From: Verrucomicrobiota bacterium
GTDB lineage: Bacteria > Verrucomicrobiota > Kiritimatiellia > CAIQIC01 > JAGNIJ01
NCBI GenBank assembly: GCA_036821485.1
Contig: DAISJM010000001.1
Location: forward strand, 72,320-136,319
DNA: 64,000 nucleotides
Reading direction: 5' to 3'
The stretch's first letter is position 1. Each line of letters starts with the position of its first letter. The notes beneath the pieces were generated by a model. That model was not told where the DNA came from, did no database searches, and saw only the letters and a program-made list of their open reading frames with translations. A program made the translations under genes and the position numbers. Below, piece after piece: positions 18,429 through 26,001 of the stretch.

Positions 18429-19420
18429 TTTCGAGCCTTTGTTTTGAGGTTCCCCGTGGGTTCACCCCACGGGGGCCAGAATTCTGCCTCCTGCCGGTCA
18501 AGCCGGCAGGGAGGCAGGAGCATGGAGGCTCCCCGTGGGTTGACCCCACGGGAGCCAGAATTCTGCCTCCTGCCGCGCAAGGTGGCAGGGAGGCTCTTCA
18601 ACATCAACACGAACCCTGCGGTGAGGTCGGCGCCCGACGTTTCGCCGAGGGCAAGTACGCGACGGCCGCAGGAACGAACTTCGCGCGCGCTGCCGTGAAG
18701 CAGCGCGCCGATCAGGTTCTTCATCGGTTCAGCGACGAATCCGTCGCGGGCGAGGCCGAGAAAATGGGCGGAGAGCCGATGCCGAGTCCTCGCTGCAGCG
18801 TGGATCGTGGCAATCGCGCGGGAGTAATCGGTGTTTGTCAGGTTTCCTGCGAGATGCAGGGCCATCATTGCGCCTGCGAGGAAATCGTCGCCGCCCGGTG
18901 TCAGGCCAAAGCCACAACCGGCGAGGAGACGGCTCCCGCGCGCGAGCCGGCGCGGGTTGTTTAATCCGTCGAGCATGTCCTTCGCGCCCGCACGAATGCG
19001 CCGCGCAAACTGGCGGGAGAGCAAATCGGGCCCGGGCGCAGCGTGGGGGTCGAGCAGGAGCAAAAAGTTCCAAGGGTTGGAAAACTGGGGTACCCATTTT
19101 TCCAAGGATTTGAAATTTCGTGCGAAGCGCCGGCCGGGTACCTCATCGCGCGCGAGGTCGGAGCGATAGACCGGAGTCCGGCGGATGACGTGGCGGCGAT
19201 CGGAGAGGGTGACTGAACCGCGGCGGATGATCAGGCGTGGCGCGGCGCCGCAGAAGTCGCGCGCGGAACCTGCGACGACAAGGTTGGCCGGGCCAGCGCC
19301 GATCTCGGCGCTGACGACGGACACAAGGCGGCCGCCGCGGACGAAATTCACGGCACGATCAAAGCGGGAGTGAACGCAATACGTTCCTTCCCGCACTCTG
19401 TCGCCGATACTCAGCAGCAT
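18425..19420 (-). CDS. DUF2877 protein (YlbF homolog) carrying in-frame repeat-derived sequence
   Basis: GFGLTPGGDDFLAGAMMAL is the DUF2877 motif. The ORF is 331 aa against ~270 typical. The last ~60 codons are read from a tandem palindromic repeat, and codons ~101-118 from a TTCCAA palindromic element. Confidence 0.6.
   Translation of the reverse strand: MLLSIGDRVREGTYCVHSRFDRAVNFVRGGRLVSVVSAEIGAGPANLVVAGSARDFCGAAPRLIIRRGSVTLSDRRHVIRRTPVYRSDLARDEVPGRRFARNFKSLEKWVPQFSNPWNFLLLLDPHAAPGPDLLSRQFARRIRAGAKDMLDGLNNPRRLARGSRLLAGCGFGLTPGGDDFLAGAMMALHLAGNLTNTDYSRAIATIHAAARTRHRLSAHFLGLARDGFVAEPMKNLIGALLHGSAREVRSCGRRVLALGETSGADLTAGFVLMLKSLPATLRGRRQNSGSRGVNPRGASMLLPPCRLDRQEAEFWPPWGEPTGNLKTKARK
18449..18597. 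repeat. Two tandem ~78-bp units, each built of three palindromes
   Basis: The units are >90% identical: CCCCGTGGG-TTSAC-CCCACGGG, CAGAATTCTG and CCTCCTGCCGG-N-CCGGCAGGGAGG. They lie at the 3' end of the DUF2877 ORF, just upstream of the fdrA start. Confidence 0.8.
19064..19117. repeat. Palindromic element copy C (TTCCAAGGGTTGGAA-N12-TTCCAAGGATTTGAA), in-frame inside the DUF2877 gene
   Basis: Same family as 5598-5649 and 47278-47328, with the second half degenerate. It is 54 bp (18 codons) and translates as KSLEKWVPQFSNPWNFLL. Confidence 0.7.
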
Positions 19421-19455
19421 GAGCGGTTCCTGTCGGCGCCGCCTTGGGGCAACGC

Positions 19456-19803
19456 CTATTTCACCTCGGAGAAAATCATACCGAGGTGTTTCCGAAGATC
19501 GCTTTGTCTCACCACCGAGACGCTGCCCGTCACGGCCATGCCGGTGCGGGGTTTATCGATGTTGAGTTGGCCCAGGATGCGGAGACCGTTCTCCAACTCG
19601 ACAATGCCGAGCAGGAGCGTGGGCACGTTGAAATCGCCGGGCAGCGTGTGCAGCCGGGTGAAGGTCAGCAGCTTGCCTTTTCTCGGCAGGGGCACGGGTT
19701 CGAATTCATTGTGCTCGTTGGCATGGCACTTCTTGCAGACCATGCGGTAGGGGTAGTGGAGCTGGCCGCATTTCCGACATTTATAGGCATAGATTTCGGC
19801 CAT
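19456..19803 (-). CDS. DUF35 Zn-ribbon/OB-fold protein (thiolase/HMG-CoA-synthase partner)
   Basis: 115 aa. MAEIYAYKCRKCGQLHYPYRMVCKKCH is a C-x2-C...C-x2-C ribbon. RBS GGGAGGA. It starts 2 nt after the thiolase stop. Confidence 0.8.
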   Translation of the reverse strand: MAEIYAYKCRKCGQLHYPYRMVCKKCHANEHNEFEPVPLPRKGKLLTFTRLHTLPGDFNVPTLLLGIVELENGLRILGQLNIDKPRTGMAVTGSVSVVRQSDLRKHLGMIFSEVK

Positions 19804-19805
19804 GG

Positions 19806-20981
19806 CTAATCCTCCCGGATAAAGGTCAGGCAGACGACGTTGTTGCCGAATCCGCCGAAGTTGCAGGTGAAGCCTACCTTCGCATCCTTGACCTGGCGTT
19901 TGCGCGCTTCGCCGCGCAGTTGGGTGACGATTTCGTGCGCCTGCCCGATCCCGGTTGCGCCGACGGGGTGTCCCTTGGCCTTGAGGCCGCCGGACGTGTT
20001 GATCGGGATCTTGCCGCCGATGCGGGTCTCGCCCTTTTCGAGCGCGATGTGACCCTGCCCTTTCTTGAAGAAGCCGACTTCCTCGCTCTCGACGATCTCG
20101 AGGATGGTGAACGCATCGTGCAGTTCGGCCACGCTGACATCGGATGGTTTCACACCGGCCATCTTGAACGACTGCTCGGCGGCGCGGCGCACGGCCAGCA
20201 GGTCCGTCGGGTTCTCGCGCTCGTGTACCGCATGCGTGTCGGTCGCCTGGCCGACGCCGGCGAGGCGGACGAGCGGGCGGCCGGTCTTCTTTGCGACTTC
20301 CTTCGTGGCGAGAATGACGCATGCGCCGCCGTCGGAAACGGGGCATAGATCGAAGAATCGTAGCGGCTCGGCGACGTACGGGTTGTTCGTCAGCGCCTCG
20401 GGTCCGTCGAGGATGCCCTCGATCGTGATCTTCTGGTGCAGGTGGGCGAACGGGTTGAGCATCGCGTTGTCGTGGTTCTTCACCGCGACCATGGCGAGGT
20501 GGCGCGAGGTGACGCCGTACTGCTCCATGTAGAGCCGGGTGAACATGCCCGCGAGGGAGGGCAGGGTCACGCCGTAGATGTATTCCGCGATCTGGTGCGT
20601 GAGCGTGGCGACGAAGTCCGTCGCCTCGAGGTTGTTGGTTTCGCGCATGCGTTCCGCGCCGGTGACCATGACAACGTCGTGGAGGCCGGAGGCGACCGCC
20701 ATGAAGCCCTGCTTGATGGCGGAAGCGCCGGAAGCGGGTCCGTTTTCAATCGTTTCCGCGCCGGCGGGTGTGAGGCTGAGGGTATCGATCACGGCGCTGG
20801 CGAGCGCGGTCTGACCGTTCACGCGGCCGCTGCCCATGTTGGCCACGTAGAGGTGATCGATCTTCGACAGCCCGGCGTCCTTGAGGGCGATCATCGCCGG
20901 ATAGGCGGCGATTTCGGAGATGGGGTAATCGAGCCGGGAGAAGCTCGTGATGCCGATGCCGACGACATAGACCTCGCGCAT
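19806..20981 (-). CDS. Thiolase-like protein (archaeal-type acetyl-CoA acetyltransferase / SCP-x-like)
   Basis: Start at MREVYVVGIGITSF (ATG at 20981, RBS GGGAAGG). The condensing-enzyme fold is recognisable and the C-terminus reads NFGGFGNNVVCLTF. Confidence 0.85.
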   Translation of the reverse strand: MREVYVVGIGITSFSRLDYPISEIAAYPAMIALKDAGLSKIDHLYVANMGSGRVNGQTALASAVIDTLSLTPAGAETIENGPASGASAIKQGFMAVASGLHDVVMVTGAERMRETNNLEATDFVATLTHQIAEYIYGVTLPSLAGMFTRLYMEQYGVTSRHLAMVAVKNHDNAMLNPFAHLHQKITIEGILDGPEALTNNPYVAEPLRFFDLCPVSDGGACVILATKEVAKKTGRPLVRLAGVGQATDTHAVHERENPTDLLAVRRAAEQSFKMAGVKPSDVSVAELHDAFTILEIVESEEVGFFKKGQGHIALEKGETRIGGKIPINTSGGLKAKGHPVGATGIGQAHEIVTQLRGEARKRQVKDAKVGFTCNFGGFGNNVVCLTFIRED

Positions 20982-20982
20982 G

Positions 20983-21756
20983 TTACGCCTTCCCTTCGGG
21001 GCCGTCGGCTTCGCCATGCTCGAGCCTCCAGCGCTGCTGGAGGATCGCGGTGCCGGTGGGGTCCTTCATGGCCCGCGTGGCTGCCATGAGATCCGCGGGC
21101 GGTTTGGGCGGGTTGGATGGCGGAAGAATCTTGTCCTGCGCCTTCTTCAGTTCATCCGGCGGGACGGGGCGGCGGCCGACGACGAGCGTGCTGCGCGCCT
21201 TGTTGAATAATTCCTTGGTCAGCGCCCACGAGGGGACGCCGCCGAGTTCGTGGGCGATGTCGAACCGCTTCTCGAGCTGGTACTCGATCATCCACCGGCG
21301 GAAGCCGATGGGCGATTCGGCGACGATGAGGACCTCCTTCTGGCCGACGATGTCGAGGTGGTACTCCATCTTGGCCGCGAAGGCGTGAGCGCCGACGCGG
21401 AGGCCGCGCCGGAGGGCGAGGGTGTGGTAGGACACGCCGACGTCCTTGCTGGCAAAGCGGCCGTTGACGATCGCGGCGAGCTCGCCGTTGATCTGGGCGA
21501 TCAGCACGTACTCGTCCTGAACGCGATGGCGGTAGTAGCCGAGCAGTTCGGCGTACACGCGTACGGAAACGATGTCGTAGAAATCGCGCTCGACGTGGAT
21601 CAGCGGTTCCACGTGCGGAAGGAGGTCGGGAATTTCTTCGCGCCCCACCTGGCGGACGACCATGTTCTCGCCGCTGGCGAGCTGCATGAACTTGGGTGGA
21701 AACGGCGGCGCGGGGTGATCGATCGGCCGGAGGATTTTCTCGAGTTCTACCGCCAT
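20983..21756 (-). CDS. Hypothetical protein, first gene of the minus-strand catabolic operon
   Basis: 257 aa starting at MAVELEKIL (RBS AAGGGGG). No recognisable motif; an acyltransferase-like alpha/beta pattern is possible. Confidence 0.45.
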   Translation of the reverse strand: MAVELEKILRPIDHPAPPFPPKFMQLASGENMVVRQVGREEIPDLLPHVEPLIHVERDFYDIVSVRVYAELLGYYRHRVQDEYVLIAQINGELAAIVNGRFASKDVGVSYHTLALRRGLRVGAHAFAAKMEYHLDIVGQKEVLIVAESPIGFRRWMIEYQLEKRFDIAHELGGVPSWALTKELFNKARSTLVVGRRPVPPDELKKAQDKILPPSNPPKPPADLMAATRAMKDPTGTAILQQRWRLEHGEADGPEGKA

Positions 21757-21962
21757 AAGACCCCCTTTCAAGGTGCCTCAAGTTATGTACGGCTCGGTGC
21801 CTGAAATGTTAATACGGGCAGGGGGGAAAGGCGAGTGCCGAAACAGTGATCGGTGACCCGTGAGTAGTTGGCGGTTTTTGAGTGACAATGGGCCGGGATC
21901 GGGAACAATAGTCCGGCACGCAGTGCCAAGGTTTCCGTGTTGTAAGCGAAAGGAATCCAACG

Positions 21963-22934
21963 ATGGCCAGGTCCCGAACCGCATCAGGGCTGAAGTCCCG
22001 CGTGAAACGCGTGACGGTTGCCGGCGTACAGGTCTCCCCGCGCCCGAACGATATTCCCCACAACGTGGAGATGGTGATCTCGTGGTTTCGGCGCGCGGTG
22101 CGCGAGACGGATGCGCGACTGGTCGTGTTCCCGGAGAGCATCACCACCGGGTTTCATCCCGGCATGCCGCTGGAGCAATTTCACGATCTGCTGCCGCGCC
22201 GCGTCGAATCGATGCTGGCGCCGATCCAGCAGGTGTGCCGCGAGAAGAAGTCTTATTGCGTGGTACCGACCTATGAGCGCGGGCGCGGGCATCGCACGAT
22301 CTACAACAGCGCGTTCCTGATCGACGGGCGAGGCGATATCGCCGGCGTCTACCGCAAGACGCATCCGTTTCCGACGGAGCGGTTGAGCGCGGGCGGCTGG
22401 ACGACGCCGGGCATGGAGTATCCCGTGATTCCGACCGAGTTCGGCGCCGTCGGCATGATGATCTGCTACGACGGCGATTTCCCGGAAGTGTCACGTATCC
22501 TCGCGATCAAGGGTGCGCAAATCATCGCGCGGCCGTCCGCGCTGCTGCGCGGGTTCGACGTGTGGGAGATGACGAACAACGTGCGTGCCTATGACAACCA
22601 CGTCTACCTCGTGGCGGTCAACGCGGTCGGCACCGATGCGTCCGGCACGCACTACTTCGGCCACAGCATGATCGTCTCGCCGACGGCGCAGGCGCTGGCC
22701 GTGGCGCGCGGCACGGAGGAGATCATCTACGCGGAACTGAATCCCAATCCGCTCAAACGGCTGGGGTTGGGTTCCGATGCGCCGATGCTGTTCGACCATC
22801 TTGAGGACCGCAATGTCGCGTCGTACGGTTCGGTGTTGTCGCGGTCGGTCCGCAGCCCGTTCGAGCCGGCGAAGAGGTTCAGTATTCACAAGCACACGCC
22901 GCAACGCGGGAAGAAGTCCGGGAGGTCCTCATGA
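21963..22934 (+). CDS. Carbon-nitrogen hydrolase (nitrilase-superfamily amidase / N-carbamoyl-amidohydrolase-like)
   Basis: 323 aa. The E-K-C catalytic triad context is present: LVVFPES, YRKTHPF and MMICYDGDFPE. RBS GAAAGGAA. Confidence 0.85.
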   Translation: MARSRTASGLKSRVKRVTVAGVQVSPRPNDIPHNVEMVISWFRRAVRETDARLVVFPESITTGFHPGMPLEQFHDLLPRRVESMLAPIQQVCREKKSYCVVPTYERGRGHRTIYNSAFLIDGRGDIAGVYRKTHPFPTERLSAGGWTTPGMEYPVIPTEFGAVGMMICYDGDFPEVSRILAIKGAQIIARPSALLRGFDVWEMTNNVRAYDNHVYLVAVNAVGTDASGTHYFGHSMIVSPTAQALAVARGTEEIIYAELNPNPLKRLGLGSDAPMLFDHLEDRNVASYGSVLSRSVRSPFEPAKRFSIHKHTPQRGKKSGRSS

Positions 22935-24559
22935 AGTTCGACCGCAACAGGAAGGACTACGAGGAGCGCATCCGCCGGGGCCGCGCGTTCGCCGACGGCA
23001 AGCTGGTGCCGAAGGAGCGCGTGGTGGACCTGCTCAACGCCGTGCTGAAGCGGGGCGACCGGGTGTGCATCGAGGGCGACAATCAGAAGCAGGCCGATTT
23101 CCTCGCAAAGCGGCTGCTCGAGGTGGATCGCAAAAAGATTCGCGACCTGCACATGGTGCAGTCGACGCTCGTGTTGCCGGAGCACGTCGAGCTGTTCCGG
23201 CAGGGCATTGCGTCGCGGCTGGATTTTGCCTACTCGGGCCCGCAAGCGAAGAACCTCTATCAATTGGTGGCCGAGAAGAAGGTCCGCATCGGGGCGATTC
23301 ACACGTACCTGGAGCTCTACGGCCGTTACTTCGTGGACCTTTGTCCGCAGGTGGCGATGCTCGTTGCCGAGGCTTGCGACGACGAGGGCAACATCTACAC
23401 CGGGTTCAATACGGAAGATACGGCGCTGATCAGCGAGGCAGCCCACTTCAAGTCCGGCGTGGTCATCATCCAAGTGAAGGAGAAGGTGCGCAAGCTGCCG
23501 CGCGTGGACATTCCCGCGGGCTGGGTGGACTTCATCGTCGTCACCGGCGAGGAGTATCACCTGCAGGCGCTTTTCACGCGCGACCCGGGGAAGATCACTG
23601 CATCGCAAGTGCTCATGGCGATGATGGTGATGAAGGGTATCTACAAGGAATACCAGGTGCGGTCGCTGAATCACGGGCTTGGCTACGCCACGGCGGCGAT
23701 TGAGCTGCTGCTGCCCACCTACGGGCGCGAGCTGGGCCTGAAGGGCAAGTGCTGTACGCACTGGGTGCTCAATCCGCATCCGACGCTGATCCCCGCGATC
23801 GAGCGCGGCTTCGTGGAGCACATCTATTCCTTCGGCGGCGAGCCGGGCATGGAGGCGTACACGCAGGCGCGGGGCGACGTGTTCTCGATCGGCTCCGACG
23901 GTAACCTGCGCTCGAATCGGTGCTACGCGCACATTGCGGGGTTGTACGCCATCGACTTGTTCATCGGCGCGACGCTGCAGATGGACGGGGATGGAAATAG
24001 TTCCACAGCCATCAAGGGTATGATCGCCGGATTCGGCGGGGCGCCCAATCTCGGCGGCACCCCGCCGGGGCGGCGGAATTTCACCGAGGCGCTGGTGCGG
24101 GCGGGTCGCTGGGACGGGAAGGTGTTCCAGGGTCGCAAACTCGTCGTGCAGATGACGCCGACGGTGAGCGAGAAGAAGCAGATCCCGGTGTTCGTCGAAG
24201 AGCTCGACGCGATGACGCTTTACCGGGACAAAGTTTTTGCGAAACCGCCGGTGATGATCGCGGGCGACCAGGTGACGCACGTGGTGACGGAGCGTGGCAT
24301 CGCGTATCTCGACCGCTGCAAGGATTTGGCGACGCGGCGGCTGGCGATCGCCGCCGTGGCGGGCGACACACCGGTTGGCCGTACGATCAAGAAATCACAG
24401 GTGGGTCCGCTGCGACGCGCGGGCATTGTGAAGACGGCGGAAGACTTGGGGATCGATGTTCAGAAGGCGACGCCGGACCGGTTGGCGGCGCACAGCCTGG
24501 CCGATCTCGTGCGGATTTCGAAGGGCCTGTATTCTGTGCCGCCCGGCGTCACGGGGTGA
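22931..24559 (+). CDS. Malonate decarboxylase alpha-subunit (MdcA)-like acyl-transferase (citrate-lyase-alpha/CoA-transferase fold); orphan, with no mdcBCDE nearby
   Basis: 542 aa. It matches MdcA along its length from memory: GDRVCIEGDNQKQADFL, DLHMVQST, IGAIHTYLELYGRYF, LPRVDIPAGWVDF, TAAIELLLPTYG, GSDGNLRSNR, AGFGGAPNLGG and GRKLVVQM. ATGA overlap with the upstream hydrolase. Confidence 0.6.
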   Translation: MKFDRNRKDYEERIRRGRAFADGKLVPKERVVDLLNAVLKRGDRVCIEGDNQKQADFLAKRLLEVDRKKIRDLHMVQSTLVLPEHVELFRQGIASRLDFAYSGPQAKNLYQLVAEKKVRIGAIHTYLELYGRYFVDLCPQVAMLVAEACDDEGNIYTGFNTEDTALISEAAHFKSGVVIIQVKEKVRKLPRVDIPAGWVDFIVVTGEEYHLQALFTRDPGKITASQVLMAMMVMKGIYKEYQVRSLNHGLGYATAAIELLLPTYGRELGLKGKCCTHWVLNPHPTLIPAIERGFVEHIYSFGGEPGMEAYTQARGDVFSIGSDGNLRSNRCYAHIAGLYAIDLFIGATLQMDGDGNSSTAIKGMIAGFGGAPNLGGTPPGRRNFTEALVRAGRWDGKVFQGRKLVVQMTPTVSEKKQIPVFVEELDAMTLYRDKVFAKPPVMIAGDQVTHVVTERGIAYLDRCKDLATRRLAIAAVAGDTPVGRTIKKSQVGPLRRAGIVKTAEDLGIDVQKATPDRLAAHSLADLVRISKGLYSVPPGVTG

Positions 24560-24614
24560 ACATTTCGTCGAGGCGCAAAGCCTCTCCTTCAGCAGATTGC
24601 CGGAGGACGTGCTC

Positions 24615-25808
24615 CTACCGCTCCCAGTACGTCTTGAGCTTGGCCAGACCTTCCTTGATCAGGGGCAGATCGATGCCGGAGTAGGCGAACCTAATGTACA
24701 CGCGATCCTCGCCGGGCAGGGGTCGGCCGAAGTGGCCGCGGGAGCAGAACGAGATGCCGGTGGCGTGGAGAGTGTCCAGGCGGAACTTCTGTTCGTCGGT
24801 GTATCCGAGCCGATGGAACACGTCGGTGACATCGGGGAAGAGGTAGAACGTGACCTCGGGCTTGTAGACCGTGACGCCCTTGATGCTGTTCAGCGCGTCC
24901 ACGAGCACGTCGCGCCGCTCACGGAGGATGCGGATGATGTCCAAGGGGCCGGACTGATCGCCCTTCAGCGCTTCGACACCCGCGATCTGGACGAATTGGG
25001 GCGTGCATGACTCCTGGTTGACGTTCAGCTTGTTGATCACGTCGATGATTTCCTTGGGTCCAAGCGCCCCGCCGAGCCGCCAGCCCGTCATGGCGTAGCG
25101 TTTGGAGAAAGTCATCAGGATGACGGAGCGTTCCATCATGCCCGGTATGCTGGTGATGCTCTTGCTCTTGCCCGAGTAGCGAGTGTGGAAGTACGGCTCA
25201 TCGGCGAGCACCCACAGGTTGTGGCGCATACAGAAGTCGGCCAGCCATTGCAGTTCGCTGTCGTCCGACTCTGCGCCCAAGGGGTTCTGCCCGTTGTTGA
25301 ACACGATGAACCGCGTGCGCTTGGTGACCAACGACTCCATCTTGTCGCGCTGGAGCCGGAAGCCGTCCTTCGTCATCGTGTAGCCGTACGGCACAGCCGT
25401 GCCGCCGAGGAATTGGATCTGGGACTCGTAAATTGGATAACCCGGGTTCGGGTAGAGCGCCTCGTCACCCTCGTTCATGAGCGCCTGGAAAAACTTGCCG
25501 ATGACCGGTTTGCCGCCCGGCTGGATCGACACGTTCTCTGCGGCGAAGTGTATGCCGCGATTCTTCCCGAGGTCCGCGGCGATGACCTCGCGCAGCTCGG
25601 GGATGCCCGCGGCCGGACAGTAACCGGTCTTGCCATCCAGCAGAGCCTTGTGGGCTGCTTCGATGATGTTCAGCGGCGTGCGGATATTCATGTCGCCGAG
25701 GTGGAACGGATAGACCTTGTTCCCTTTGGCCGCCCAAGCGCGTGCGTCGTCCGAGACGGCAAAAGCAGTTTCGACACCCAAGCGGGATATGCGTGTGGCA
25801 AGGTTCAT
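24615..25808 (-). CDS. PLP-dependent aminotransferase, class I/II
   Basis: 397 aa. FSKRYAMTGWRLG carries the PLP-Lys, and NPGYPIY and LADEPY fit the AAT-family fold. Confidence 0.85.
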   Translation of the reverse strand: MNLATRISRLGVETAFAVSDDARAWAAKGNKVYPFHLGDMNIRTPLNIIEAAHKALLDGKTGYCPAAGIPELREVIAADLGKNRGIHFAAENVSIQPGGKPVIGKFFQALMNEGDEALYPNPGYPIYESQIQFLGGTAVPYGYTMTKDGFRLQRDKMESLVTKRTRFIVFNNGQNPLGAESDDSELQWLADFCMRHNLWVLADEPYFHTRYSGKSKSITSIPGMMERSVILMTFSKRYAMTGWRLGGALGPKEIIDVINKLNVNQESCTPQFVQIAGVEALKGDQSGPLDIIRILRERRDVLVDALNSIKGVTVYKPEVTFYLFPDVTDVFHRLGYTDEQKFRLDTLHATGISFCSRGHFGRPLPGEDRVYIRFAYSGIDLPLIKEGLAKLKTYWER

Positions 25809-26001
25809 CGCGAGGTCCTCCTAGTAACGTAACCCGAGTTAACATACCGACATGGGTCGGGCGTGTTCAGCCATCGCGGAGTCTTTCGACCTATATTTTT
25901 CCGTGCCGGCGCGGTATTGGTGAGCTGTTGGTTCCGTGTTCTTTATGGCGCGGATTACAATTACGAGTACGAGTGCGAACAAGAGCACGAGGAGAGACCC
26001 C

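Noticed and set aside
18449-18597. Possible CRISPR array (tandem palindromic repeats)
   Set aside because: Only two units, directly abutting with no unique spacers, and no cas genes in the window. Together with the GGGGGGG runs elsewhere this is not CRISPR.
19456-20346. 296-aa Arg-rich ORF on the minus strand spanning the DUF35 / thiolase junction
   Set aside because: Only its last 115 codons (the Zn-ribbon/OB-fold DUF35 protein starting at 19803 with a good RBS) look real. The rest is an out-of-frame read across the thiolase 3' end, with the Arg/Pro-rich composition typical of wrong-frame GC-rich DNA.
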